From the NCBI RefSeq assembly GCF_036588685.1, contig NC_086376.1, positions 7,254,001-7,318,000 of the forward strand: a DNA stretch of 64,000 nt, written 5' to 3'. The translations under genes and the position numbers were made by a program. Position 1 is the stretch's first letter, and the number at the start of each line of letters is the position of its first letter. Positions 23,581 to 37,160 of the stretch are shown here, in pieces. The stretch is from Mytilus trossulus. Its lineage: Eukaryota. Below the pieces are notes generated by a model, which saw nothing but the letters and a program-made list of their open reading frames with translations, was not told the DNA's origin and ran no database searches.

Positions 23581-24499
23581 TATGAATTATTGTCTTCATT
23601 CTACTTGGTATTGATTTTTCAATGAATAAAAGTAATGGATAACAATACACATTTAACTATCAAACATTTTTTAGTGCAATCAAGTTCTCTTATCATTTCA
23701 AGGTCGTTGTCTCACATATGACAAAGTTGAAAAAAGGGAGACAGGTGTTGCTATTCAATTGGCATTGGCAGCAACAGTGCAGGCATCAACAGTGCAGGCA
23801 TCAACAGTTGTGGAATTCTATGCTGAATTCAGTTTGAAAGGAACAACATGTGATAGATCAGTGATTTTTCACCAACTCAGTATTCATCACTTTCATGTTG
23901 GCATGAACATCAATCATATGATCATTTTTGTCCAACTTGACGGAGTCAAAAAGTGAGACATAGATATGCAGTTACTGTAAGCTTCAGTGTCAACAATATA
24001 TTAGTTTGTGATTATGTCTAGTTTATGATGAACCACTAGTGGTGAGTCAGAGATATTTGGTATGCAGTTGTATTAGTATTGGCACATCTCATTACCATGG
24101 TGATTATTTGAACCTGCTCCCTCAGTTATGGTTTATTAACTTTGAAATTTTGCTTAGTTTACATGCATGAGTGTGTTTTAAAGTTTGTTTGAAAGTAACT
24201 ACTTGGGATAAGTCAATTATATTTGGTATGCAGTTGTATTACCATTTGTACATTTTATTTCCATGGAAATTGTTTAGCCATGCATGTCTGTGTAATTTTG
24301 GTCTCTTGTGGACAGTTGTCTCATTGGAAATCATACCACATCTTCATAATTATATGTACATTTAGTCATGGTTCATTGACTTCGAATATTTGCAAACTTT
24401 TATTTTAAAGTGTTGCTATTCTAATTTCAACTTTTGCATTATCGAAATTACAAAAAAGCGAGACACATTTCTGTGATAACAGTTTGTTATTAATTTCCT

Positions 24500-24735
24500 G
24501 TTATAAAAGTAAAATTTGTTCTTAATACTATGAATTTTCTTCTACAGTATTACCAGGCATACATTACCTTAGTCGTATATGGCATAACTTTTGGGAGTTT
24601 TGGTTCCTCAATGCTCATCAACTTTGTACTTATTTGGCTCTTATACTATTTCGCTCCAAGCATCTCTGATAAGTCTTTGGTGACGAAACACGTGTTTAGC
24701 GTATCAAATTATTAGCCTGGTACCTTTGATAACTA
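24500..24735 (+). repeat. Degenerate retrozyme copy
   Basis: CTGATAAGTC...GACGAAACACGTGTTTAGCG...CCTGGTACCTTTGATAACTA; core mutated. Confidence 0.65.
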
Positions 24736-25099
24736 TTGTATACAGTTGCATTAACATGATATCATTTTGACAACTATTTTTAGGCCCTGTCCACTAGGTC
24801 ATGATCTAGCATTTTGTCTGTACATCAATGTCTTTTTTTTAAATTTTACATCTCTCTGAACATTCAGAATCAGTCATCAATAACTTTGTCAACTTTCATG
24901 GAATTATTTGAAATTTTGATAGAAACTTGTTGATGATAAAAAAAAAACATCGAGCAAAATAATGGACGTATGCTGCTGCAAGTGTAGACATTCATAATAA
25001 GAATCAAAATAGGTTATACAAAGTGCGAACATTATTATTTCTTATTGTTAGGCGGAGACATAATTTATGTCTTATAAACAGTGCAACACTATCAGGTTA

Positions 25100-26190
25100 T
25101 AATTTGTGGCAGATAATTATAGATAATATCAAATAAGATGTACATCCAGGAATCATTAGAACTACATCACTCAAGGGCAACACGATTGCAAATACGAAAG
25201 ATAACATTAAAAAGACAAGGCGAAGAACTTATAGTTTGCTTGGTGGAGGATTCCATGGACACAGCGGTCTTGACGTAAAGACATTTGTGAAACTACAAAA
25301 TTTACATCTCGCCATTACTACTATAGGGATTAGAGCGTATACTTCCAACAAGCTCACTAACGCTTCTTGAAAACTTCCAGAAGAAACTCACAAAGCAAAT
25401 ACTTTCTCTACCAACCTGTGTAGCAGACCTAACAGATATACTACACATTGAGGCACAGGTGAATATTTAAGCATTAGGCCTTAAACAACATTTACAACCA
25501 GCCTGACGACAGTGTATAAAAATCACGTGCAAAACGCCAACTACTTGTAAAAAGTGATGGAAGTTCTAGCTGGTTCATTGCTATTAAGCATATGCTACGA
25601 AAGCATGACCTGCATGAGGCAAGTTTGTATTCGAACAACCCAGTTAAGAAGACCGTATGGACCTCAACTATCACGAAGACAAAATACAATCACTGGAATA
25701 GGTCAATAGTTCAGTTACAGCCATAATATTAAGGACTCAATCTTAACAACTAAAAATTTGAGAACCGGAAATATACACTCTCCATTCAAAATCAACTGCC
25801 ACTCTACTATCGATACAGCAAGATTGCCAATAAAATTAAAGCTACTTACAGGCTCGTATATACTTCAGAGCAAAAGAATGATAATGCACAAAGATGAGAC
25901 TGATCCGAAATGTCTGTTATGTGCAAAGGAAGAAGAAAATATAGAACGCGTTATTTTGAAACGTGAAAGCTCGAGAATAGCGAGGAACGCCATATATATA
26001 TTTCAAGAAATAACTACAACACTGAACAAACTAAGAATTAAATTTGATGAACTATCAACGAACGAAAAACTAAATTATATTCTGAACTTAACGCCAAAAG
26101 CTTAAGCAAAGAAACTCTCTCCAGTCAGTGTAATACAAATAGACCGCATTTCTCGACACCTGCTATATCAACTTCATATATCCATTTCAA
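25100..26190 (+). mobile_element. Decayed non-LTR retrotransposon (LINE) 3' RT/zinc-knuckle region
   Basis: Broken frames resembling NIKK-x-RR-x-YSLLGGGFHGHSGLD and KLKLLTGSYILQSKR...CLLC...EENIE (ORF 25758..26105). Confidence 0.7.
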
Positions 26191-28168
26191 GATGCATTGA
26201 TATTGTTGGCTTTTTTTCAAAACTAACTCTACTCTTTTTTAATGGGAAAATATGCGTAATTGTTTTTTTTATCAAATTTTACAAAAAAATTAGAATAAAC
26301 CATGAATTTGACTGAAGCTTCAATTCCAAGAGTCAAACGCTTTTTTGAAATAAGACCCCTTATTGATACATAGATAGACCCTAAAATCTGCACATATAGA
26401 CGTTGTAGACATGAAAAGTGTATAAACGAGTGTTTTTCAGATTGAATTCATGCACAATTACTACTGAGACTGCACTGTTTTGGGGAAAGAGTTGTCTTTT
26501 TAAGAATAATTTTTAGGCATTTTTTTTACAAATTGGATTCTTCTCCAGGGGAAAAACCTTTCTTCTCCGTTAATTTAAGGCAAAAAATACCACTGAGATG
26601 ATATGTGGACAGTTATAAAACTAGTGCGAAGTGAAATTAAAAATAAGCGATTCCATTAATTCAACATCGATAATGGCGTGGTTGGGGGAACCACACACAT
26701 TTCTGGAATCAAGTGAAGTAAACTGTAAAATAAAGGAATTTATGCAAATTGTGTGTGGGTAGGATGTCAATATAAATATGCGCACATCAGATGTCGAATG
26801 GTTGAAGGAACACCAATACTGTATATACAAACCACTCGACTTGAGCATGTAAATATGGTTAGATGCACAATGGTGGAATGAGAGGAGCACTGTAAATAAA
26901 GAAAGCACATGTTCTACATATGCATATGCAAATATTGTTCCTCTACAAAGGGGGTTTAAAGATAAGTTAGATAAGATTAGATAGATGTTAAAAGTCCACG
27001 TTTTATTTTTAAAGTGTTGTTACTTTACAAGACTTTTACATGACCTCTCAGCATTGATTTAACGTCTATGTTAATCATATAAATGGGTGTAGATGGAGGT
27101 TTACAGAATGTACAATTTTTGGGGAAATAAGAATGGAGTGATATGTATGACACCCCCATACAGACCCTTATACTGACACAGAAAGTAACCTACAATTTTG
27201 AGCACATGTATCTATTCAAATCTAAAATTGGGTGATATAGCTATCTATATATCATTGTCACCAGTGATAATACATGTCTCTGATCTTACGTGGTTCAACT
27301 TCAGATAAAGATAGTATTATACACTTCCCGATACAAACTTTTACGACCCCTTGCAGGTTGTACGTACTGGTAGGTAAATAATTGTATTGTTTTTCAGTTC
27401 CACCATTTTGTAATTGACATATATTCAGGGGTTTGGAAAAAAGGGGGTCGTTCGAAGGAGAGTTTGAACGTGTGAAATTGGAATATCCAAGTCTAGAAAA
27501 GACAATTATTGCTGTTTGAGTTAGTTTTTTTTTTAAATAAGGTCCTCGTGCAAATGCTTACAGTAAAACGTCTCTTAATTACTAATTAAAAGATAAAGAT
27601 CTTCAGAAAACATAAGTGATTTTGAAGTTACCAAGAAGTAATATAGACAGATCTTTACTTAGTTTGTCCATACACAATGATTCATAACAATACAGGAACA
27701 AGTCTGCTATTACATGGGTACAATTGGTACACATAGGAATATCTACAACATTCTTATAAACTTAATTTTCGAAACATACATACACATTGTCGATAAGAAA
27801 ATTTAAAGCTTTAATCATGCCATATAACATCTTTCTTTTATAATTACTAATGGCTTTATACAATGTTATATGAGTTGCATCATCAAATAAATCATTAACA
27901 CGACTTTCGAATGATCGTTTTATTAGGTAAGAGAAGTTCTGTTCTGTTTGACAAAATTGTGTGGTAGTGTAGTGTACAGAATAGGAAAACCACCACTGAC
28001 AACTGAAATGAATGCACCATCAAAAGCACTTATTCATTCAAAACATCCATAGAGCACCTATGATTTCTGGGTGTATTATTTTAACTGGTACCTTGACTAC
28101 CATTTCTTGAATCACCTGTTACCTTTACTTATGAAAGCCTTCTTTATTTTCAGTTTAAACTCCCTACT

Positions 28169-29854
28169 ATGGCATCTGCGTACCAGGAACAGTGTTGTAG
28201 TATTTGCGAACTTCAACATATAACAAATAAAGCAGAAGTGTGGTGCCCTGAATGTGACGAGTATCTATGTTCAAATTGTAAAACTCATCATAAACTACAG
28301 AAAGCAACGAGGAGTCACAACACTGTTGTCGTGTCTGATTTGAAAGAGTTGCCTTCGTTTGTTTCTGCTATAAAAATGGAATGCAAAGCACATCATGAGA
28401 ACTACGAATACTTTTGTCCCAAACATGAGATTCCTATTTGTGTTGTATGTGCAGAAGAACATACAAATTGTGGCCAATTCACCATATTGCGGAAATTAGA
28501 AGGCACAAAAACATCACCAGGTATTGTAAAGCTTGAGAAAAATATTAAAGACATACAGCAAAATATAGAGATATTTTTACAAAATCGTCGTTTGAACCTT
28601 TCGATTCTGAAGGATCAGCAAGCGAGTTGCAGAAAAAAAGTCAAAGAAACAAGACTCAAAATTAGCCGACATCTTGATAAGCTAGAGAAGACGGCCATTG
28701 ATGTAATAGAAAATTCCTATATCAAACACAAATCAGAGATCGAACAAATTGTCAATAAATTGAGTGCACATAAAATGACAATAGACGCAATCAAAAGTAA
28801 TATAGATAACATAAAGGACCATGCATCTGAAATCCAAATATTTCTCAGCATTCAAGATATCGAAAAGGAAATAAAAGAGGAAGGAACCCAAATTGTTGCA
28901 ATCTGCCAAAATGAAATACAAGAGATAGAACTTGTCTTTATTCCAACATTAAGCTGCACATCTGGCATCATATTAGAATCGTTCGGAGAGTTGAAAACAA
29001 ATATCAATCCTGCTGGCATAAGCTTCGTCAGGCAAGAAGTTTCAGAAGCACAGCTTTCTATGCAAGGGCCAAATAAAAAGCATATTGATAAAATTTCGGT
29101 TACGAAAAAACTTGGTTTTACACTACCGACTACCATAGGCCAAGCAAAAGTTGAATACTGTTGTAATACTGACGAAGGACTATTTCTTCTGACTGATGGA
29201 GGTCAAAAGAGTCGTATTATAGTGTTAGACTCAGATGGTGCCTTAGTATGTGAAATTCCATTGCAACATATGCCACATGATGTAATTTATTTCAACAAGA
29301 CCTTATATGTATCTAGTTTTTCTTCAAAGACACTGACAAGTATAGATTTCGAAACAACGGAGGTGAAACGGATAATTAAAACGGGTCATAATTGTGACGC
29401 GTTAGCACTTGCTGGGGAGAAACTTTTACTACATTTGCATAACGTTGAGTACAAAATTTATGATCTAAATCTTGTAGAAATTGGTAAAATACCAATTCGT
29501 GTGGAATTTGCTCCGTCTCTTTCCTATTGTGATGAGAAAATATATTTCGCGCAATGGAAAGACAATACAGTTTACTGTCACAACATGGCTGGAATCTTGT
29601 TATGGAAATTTCAAAACGAAGACCTTCGTGCACCTAGTGGAATAGCGATAGACAACTATGGAAATGTCTTTGTTTCTGGTGCTTTTTCTAAAAACATTAC
29701 AATTATTTCCCCGAATGGCGAGCATAGTAGACACATTTTACACTTAGCTGATGTTTTGGACTATCCAACAGCAATCCATTACAATAAGTCCTTAAATCAA
29801 CTGATTGTTTCTTCTAATACTAGTAAACACATATTAGTTTACTACGCATCATGA
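28169..29854 (+). CDS. RING-less TRIM-like protein A1 (B-box1, B-box2, coiled coil, NHL-like beta-propeller), intronless CDS, 561 aa
   Basis: CSIC...WCPECDEYLCSNCKTHH...H and CKAHH...FCPKHEIPICVVCAEEHTNC B-boxes, heptad region, C-terminal repeats such as PSGIAIDNYGNVFV. Splice acceptor TTTCAG ends at 28153. Confidence 0.88.
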   Translation: MASAYQEQCCSICELQHITNKAEVWCPECDEYLCSNCKTHHKLQKATRSHNTVVVSDLKELPSFVSAIKMECKAHHENYEYFCPKHEIPICVVCAEEHTNCGQFTILRKLEGTKTSPGIVKLEKNIKDIQQNIEIFLQNRRLNLSILKDQQASCRKKVKETRLKISRHLDKLEKTAIDVIENSYIKHKSEIEQIVNKLSAHKMTIDAIKSNIDNIKDHASEIQIFLSIQDIEKEIKEEGTQIVAICQNEIQEIELVFIPTLSCTSGIILESFGELKTNINPAGISFVRQEVSEAQLSMQGPNKKHIDKISVTKKLGFTLPTTIGQAKVEYCCNTDEGLFLLTDGGQKSRIIVLDSDGALVCEIPLQHMPHDVIYFNKTLYVSSFSSKTLTSIDFETTEVKRIIKTGHNCDALALAGEKLLLHLHNVEYKIYDLNLVEIGKIPIRVEFAPSLSYCDEKIYFAQWKDNTVYCHNMAGILLWKFQNEDLRAPSGIAIDNYGNVFVSGAFSKNITIISPNGEHSRHILHLADVLDYPTAIHYNKSLNQLIVSSNTSKHILVYYAS

Positions 29855-31269
29855 ATTATAACTTGACAACGAATATCGTTTTGGCTATATAAATTCATTT
29901 TAGTTGTCCTGATATTCTGATTCCAATAATAAACTCGAATATGTCCTTAATTTTGTTGGCAATATCATAAACTGAGATTGTATCGTAAAATATAACTTTG
30001 TTCTTGTAAGATTAATTATGAACACAGTTTAAAATGCTTGTAAGCATTTCTATACGACTTCTGTAAGATTTTAAATAAGACGGGTTTAATCTAATTAAAA
30101 TATATAGTGTTATGTCTATCTTTTGAATACTGGTTAATGAATTCATAACAGTGTGTAATTGCTGTTCTTTATCGCGAAAGCCAATTTGACACTCTTACGT
30201 GTACATAGCTTATGAATATTCATGACTTGATAGATAAGACAGCACGTGTAGCCTACATCTGAGCGTATTCAAGAGATCAATAGCATCCATGTAGTCTACA
30301 TAATTATGTAGTTGATAAAATATAGAATTAGAATAGAAATATAGTTTTTAATATTACATGCGTATCTATCATGTGGAGGACCTCAATCAAGTTATGTTTT
30401 GAATTGTCTAGCTTAATTTGTGTGTACATTTTCCGGAACTGGATATCTCAACAAATTAAATTGTTTTGATACAACACGCCTAATTGTGTAGTAGTTGCTG
30501 GAAACAGTTCACAATGGTTTTTTTTTTCTCCCGGATATATTTCCTTTTTTCTTTTGATTTACATTGATTTCTTGCTGATTGATAAACATTTCTGTTGGTA
30601 TCGGAGGTGGTGAGATGACCAGTACGGTGATAAAAACAGGTGAGACATTTTAGACAACCATAACTTTTCTACAAATATACACTGTGTGGAACAACTATCA
30701 TCAGATACGAAATTTCCAATATCATGTTTGACATGCATCTTTGCAATGTCTGCACTCTACCTTTAACGTTAGGGTTTTGTTTCAATTCTGATCATGGTCT
30801 CTCTATAAATGACAAACCTAAAACTATGTTCATGATCTTTAGTTAGTATATATCCTGATGTAACGTGACTATACTGTACACAAGAACCAGAAAATACTTA
30901 CTGGTACAAATCATCAGCGGGTTTGTAGTACTCACGTTAAAACTTCTGATAGGTAAATGATTAAATACTTTGTAAAAAACTTTTGTAACAAATCATTTGT
31001 TAAATCAAACACAGGTTACACGTTCAGCCAAGAAGTTATGAAAGGTGAAAAAGCCACATTCACATGTTCACTATACCAGGTACACATTACAAAGTTCTTT
31101 TGATATAGGTTTTTAAAATGTACTTGTAAAGGAGTGCAATTCTGTGATATTTCCATCATGCGTTTTTTTTTATTAAAGAATATTCAATTAAAATAACCTG
31201 TCCGTTGTTTCATAAAAAAAAAGAGGTGACACTGATAAATTGTCAAACTTATGTGATAAAACTCCTTGA

Positions 31270-31520
31270 TCCCGTGGTGTAAATAATTCATCATAGATAC
31301 CACGATTGAAATTTTATATTCACGCCAGACGCGCGTTTCGTCTATAAAACACTCATCAGTGACGCTCGAATCAAAACTTGTGAAAAGACCAAAAAAGCAC
31401 GAATTTGAAGAGCATTAAGGACCAAAAATTCCTAAAAGTTATTCCAAATGAAGCTTAGGTAATCTATACCTGAGGTAGAAAAGCCTTAGTATTTCAAAAA
31501 TTTAAAATTTATAATTATGA
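31270..31520 (-). mobile_element. Retrozyme copy (subfamily B) with a near-intact hammerhead at 31321-31367
   Basis: Reverse complement GAGCGTCACTGATGAGTGTTTTATAGACGAAACGCGCGTCTGGCGTG; one mismatch in stem II. Confidence 0.72.
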
Positions 31521-32519
31521 ACATGTCCCTGAAGGGCGTCAAAACCTACACTCCATACACCCAACCAGCGAGTTGGTGGTATTGCTTTGGTACTTCATTG
31601 AACCAAAGCCAAGACAGACTTAATGATTGATATAAGACATTGAGCAATTACATAACTTACAGAATATTGATAGAAATTAAGGAACTCACCATGTGGTGTG
31701 AACAACTTTACCGTTTTGTGTCTAAATGCAAGTCGAATGCATAATTCTACCATCACCAATCATTTCTACCCATTTATGTCTTTTCCTGAATATTATATCG
31801 GGCACTTAGATTCGAATGTAATGTGCATCCGTGATTCTTACAATTTGCCCATACCGATGTTACACAACTGTTTTACTTTATCAATAGGGTTCACTTTATT
31901 ATTTGTACTATATAATAAGAGGCATATCACTTTTTTTGAAAGGAAAATTCGAATCAAAACCCATTTACAAGGGTGGGATATAACTAGTGAGAAGAGTAAG
32001 CAAGAACGTAGCTATGTTTAATAACCAACGATTGTTAACAAGGGGCGAAAGATGACCAGAGGGACATTTAAACTCATAAATCATAAACTGACAATGAAAT
32101 CGCTATCAAAGAAAAAGACAAACAGACAAACAACAGTACACAAAACACAACATAGAAGCAATACAGGTAACGTTTATTAAACATGGTACATTTGGAAAAA
32201 AGTATTTGGAACAACCCTTTAGATTTTCTGTAATGGGAAGCGGAATAAGAGGAAATTTTGAGGATGGAATATTTTTGTTCATCTTCATTGAACGACTCGT
32301 TCATTTCGCTGTTGTGTTAGAATGAATGTAAAATTGGCATAGTCAGTAGGCTTCCAATGAGTTACTGCTCTTTTTATTATTTTCTTCATGTTCATTTATG
32401 TCCATTTTTAATTTCACAGCATCCACAATTGTGTGGCGGACTAATATATATTTTTTTATTACGCCATCTGAGTTCCTCATCTCAATGTTCATTAGGGATA
32501 TTGACCCAACTGATATACA

Positions 32520-34260
32520 AATATAATACAGAGAACATCTAAAGAAGTATGAATACTTTTGTTCCAAACATGAATTCATATCTGTGTCATATGTGTCAAA
32601 GAGCATACAAGTTCTGGAAATTTCACAATGCTGCAAACCTTACTGAGCACAAAAACAGCACCAAATATGGTAGAGCAAGAGCAAAACATAAAAGATATAT
32701 TGCAAAATTTAGAAATATTTTAACAAAATCGCAAGTTAAACCTTTCGAAATTATCAACTAGTCGGATGCATAGAAAAATGAAAAAGTAATGAGGCTTAAA
32801 ATTTACCGGCAAATTGATAATCTTGAGAAGACAGTTATTGGCGAAATGTATAATTTGTATATAAAACCAAAAACCGACGTGGAACAAGTTGTGGACAATT
32901 TGAACGTTATTACCAAAAAAGATGGTCAAAATCCAAAATGATATTGAGAAAATCAAAGACCATACAACTGAAATCTAAACTTTCCTCAGCATTCAAGACA
33001 TATTAAATGACGTAAAATGGGAAGAAAACACAATTAGTCAAAACCTATATAATTTATAGATATGAACTTTCATTTAATCTTTCATTAATCTTAATTAATT
33101 AATTCATACATATGTAAATATCTTTTCCATGCATTTAAACGTAGAACAGACATGTTATAAGTTACCAATACTTAATATAGATTATTACTCTTCTCGGATG
33201 TATTCATTTATCAGTTATGTATGTTTTGTGTATTTATTTATGATATATTGTATTTGCATATATATTATATTTGTATTGTGTTGTGATTTGTTGTGTTTTG
33301 TGTTGTGGTATATTAACCCGACGATTGTAATGCCCTTTGGCGCAATCTGGGGGAGGCTCAAGGTAGTAGGCCGGGACAACAATGGCAAAGAAAAACCAAA
33401 CTAAAATATCAAGAAATTCGCTATTAATTAGTATTTGAAACATCACAATAATTACAATATAATTTCACAGTACCAATTTAAAGTTAAAATCAATTAAAAC
33501 AATAATAAAATACTATAAACAATTAAAATTAAATATATTATAATAACAATAGTAATGACTATTTAATTATACCTTTGATATTAAAGTATTAGTTATTCAT
33601 AAACTTGTTTCATTTTTCCAAAGTAAATTTAAAAGAAAAATAATTTAAATGAAAATTATTTCAGAACTAAGACACTCACCTAAAATATCAAGAAATTCGC
33701 TATTAACATTATAGCGGCTTGATTACTTTATATACTTATTTGTGCGTGTCTTGAGCCTTAACTTATCTATTATCTTTATCTGTAATTATAATGCCTACAT
33801 GTAGTTGACCATTGTCCATAGTTTATGACATAGTTTGTTAACCTTTATCAAACAAAATTAAGTAACATTTGTACTATCAGAAAGTCACTTAGAACAGCGT
33901 GACATTTACTTGAAACAAAAGTCTATTTGTTGTTTCTTATGTTCACCAATTAAACATGAAAGTTTGACTTTAAAGTATATAGTAGTTAAACAATAATTGA
34001 CTATAAAATATTTTTCACAGAAGATTCTACATGTATTAATTAGTAGCTATATGAAATCAAATAAAGTACATTTTTCTATTACAATATTTGTACTGATGAG
34101 CATCATTTGCTCAAAGTACAAAATGTAATAAAAAGAATTGAATTGAATTGAACATCATTATGGAATCATTTGGAGATGCGAAAACACATATATAACGGGC
34201 TGATGTCAGCTTTGTCAGACAAGAATAGCCACCGTGAGGCTCAAATTTTGAGGCCCAAAT
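32520..34260 (+). pseudogene. TRIM-like A pseudogene split by an insertion
   Basis: 32520-33075 aligns by eye to 28380-28940 (YEYFC..KHE...ICVIC, QNLEIF, LEKTVI, KIKDH) with stops and frameshifts. Homology resumes at 34153-34260 after a ~1-kb insert ending in (AATTG)n. Confidence 0.75.
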
Positions 34261-34454
34261 TCTCCAACTTTGTATGGTTTCGATTAACGATTTTTCTTTT
34301 TAAACTTATAAAAACATAGACTTGTAGTATTCTTCCACTCTTGACGAAAACAAAATTTTTCTATAGAAATTTACCTTTTATTTGAAGTAAACATCAGAGG
34401 ATTTATGTTCGAATAGTATTTGTATATGTTTAGATCAATGACGATTAACACAAT

Positions 34455-34920
34455 GATAGGTTGTATAGCACATTGTCTCCTCCATGTAGAAAATAAATCA
34501 GTTGACAAGGGATTTGAACCTGTGTTCTCATGATTCAATCCCGTGTCAGAATGTACAGTTCTCTATTTGTCCCAACCATGAAAAAGTATGATTCAACTGC
34601 GACACTATTGCGGTTGTTATGGATATTTTTTTTTTATCCATTGTCAAGTATAATATGTGCAAAATATGTATCAAAGAGAGAGTTAGCAACCCTCGATTTC
34701 CGTCAGGCAAAAAAATGATAGCATGAGGTTTGCTTAGAACTGCACATTCTTGGGAAACTATTATAATGTCCCTAACTGTACAGTCTGTCACTATTTAACC
34801 CTCAAATGATTGCTATTGCAATTGCATAAAATCAGTAGGTTGTAATTGATTAAAGCGATAGTAGCAATTTGTACATATTCAGAAACAGGAATGTATACTT
34901 TGTATTAAAACCTTTACAAA
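34455..34920 (-). pseudogene. TRIM-like B pseudogene fragment (beta-propeller part)
   Basis: Homologous to 49900-50340; for example SQECAVLSKPHAIIFLPDGNRG versus LQDCTLFCKPWDIAILPDGNRG. Confidence 0.75.
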
Positions 34921-36059
34921 TTTTTTAGCCCCCCTTTTCGTCCCTCTTTCTAATTAATTATATTCGTTAAAAACATTAAATGACATGCGTTTAATTTCTA
35001 TGTATACTATAATCTTTTATAACAGTAATGATAAAAACCCGTTTCCGGGAGTTTCCTGAGACTGAATAGGGATCATAAAAATTGAGCCGAGCGGCGGAGC
35101 GAGTCGAAATATTTTTATCTCTTTAGTGCAATTTATTTTTTTTAAATTTTACTGGGAAACCTTCGGTGAAGAAGATTTCGTATCTACGGTAATATCAGAA
35201 GAGACATGAAACCTTCAGTCCATGGTATTGTTGTATTTGACATGTCCAAGAAACGAACAGAAGTTGATTATGATTGACACGAACTAACTAGTATTGAATT
35301 GAATCTGAAACCCAAATTAAGGACTGAATTTTAGAGATAAATATATAGATATAGGAAGATGTGGTGTGAGTGCCAATGAGACAACTCTCCATCCAAATAA
35401 CAATTTAAAAAATAAAACCATTATAGGCTAATGTACGACCTTCAACACGGAGCCTTGGCTAACACCGAACAACAAGCTATAAAGCGAGGGTATAAGATTT
35501 TCCGAAAAAAATAAACATTTATTTTTCATAACTTTATCATATGGTACAAAAATTATTCCAAAAAATCAATTCGTGTTGGCCACAGGTGATTTTTAAGGTA
35601 TCATTGAAAAAGCTCCAAATTATCTCCCTTTGGTGCAAAACTGCCATTTTGGGGCATTAAAATTGAAATATATTTTTGTTTAACTCATCTGTAACCTATA
35701 TTTTTTATTGTTGTTTTCATATCAGCTGTACACAAACTAGATAATTGTAAAATTTTAGCGATTTCTGTAATCTAGTTCTTTTTTTATTTCGATATGACCT
35801 CTTTTTCTCCTATCAGTTCAACAGAAAATAAGTACTTTTACAAAAATGTATGCTTTTTTCGAAGCCAGATTGTGAGCGTAAATGCCCATTTTTCTATTGA
35901 GTATAAGATAAACTTCATTAATAGAAAAAATATAGCGCAATTCTATATTAAATTAAAAAAAAAATGAGTTAGACCCGCGCGCTCTCTTAAGAAAGGATAT
36001 ACTTACGATTCTGTTGTCAGGTCATTTAAGATTGGTAATTTTTGGCTTTAATCTTGATT

Positions 36060-36582
36060 CACTATAATAGGGTCTTTGCATAGGAACTAAACACGTATAT
36101 TCAAAAACCATTTGTTGGTATGACACGGGTTATTTTCTTCTCATATATATGTTATGATGGTAAGATACTAAACCCCTATTTTCGTTTGTTTCATCTACTG
36201 ACATCAGACTCAGACTGAATCTTAATGTGCGTATTGTTATGCGAGTACTTTTCTACATTGGCTAGATGTATATGGGGAGGATTGAGATATCATAAACATG
36301 TTTAACCCCGCAGCATTTTTGTGCCTGTCCCAAGTCAGCAGCATCTGGCCTTTGTTAGTCTTGTATTATTTTAATTGTAGTTACTTGTGTATAATTTGGA
36401 GTTTAGTATGGCGTTCATGATCACTGAACTAGTATATATATTTGTATAGGGGCCAGCTGATGGACGCCTCCGGTGCGGGAATTTTTCGCTGGATTAAAGA
36501 CCTATTGGTGACCGTCTGCTGTTGTCTGTTTTATGGAGGGGGGTCTCTTTGACATATTCCCCATTTCCATTCTCAATTTTAT
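36060..36582 (-). repeat. Interspersed repeat (AAAATTGAGAATGGAAATGGGGAAT family)
   Basis: Related copies at 46592-46680, 54596-55150, 55885-56140 and a stub near 6068. Confidence 0.7.
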
Positions 36583-36859
36583 ATTTCAAATCAAAGCGTT
36601 AATTTAAATATTCAGCCTTTATGTTAACCATATTGAACATGATTAAACAAAAATTGATAATGACAAATCTTAAAGGTTATATTTAACTATTTATCACAAT
36701 GATCACGTGGTTCACCTAATACAACAGTTTGAAGATACTTCCTTGTACAAAGTACCAAAACATTAGCGGGCAGTTATGGTAGGTAAATGCTTGAATGCTT
36801 TGAAATCATCCTCAACATTTAATGCATAAAACACGTTTGTTTGATCGCATTTAGGTAAT

Positions 36860-37160
36860 AAGTTATCAAAGGTACCAGGCTTATGATGAAATACGCAAGA
36901 CGCGCGTTTCTTCTACACAAGACTCATTGATCAGTGACGCTGATCAACTAAGTTCGAAAGCCAAATAAGTATAAAGTTGAAGCGCATTGAGGACTCAAAA
37001 TTCCAAAAAGTTGTACCAAATACGGCTTAGCTTATCTATTCCTGGGATAAGAAAATCCTTTGTATTGAAATACATCATACTTTTGCAATAGTTAATATAT
37101 AAAAAAATTACCATATAATTGATATTCATATCAAAACGTCAAGTGCTGACTACTTAGGTA
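36860..37160 (-). repeat. Degenerate retrozyme copy (subfamily A)
   Basis: Reverse complement of the 22660-23240 unit; the hammerhead core is disrupted by a 4-nt insertion. Confidence 0.7.

Noticed and set aside
34087-34152. Hammerhead ribozyme at CTGATGA 34093
   Set aside because: Lacks GAAA. The hairpin followed by AATAAA and (AATTG)n looks like a LINE 3' tail.
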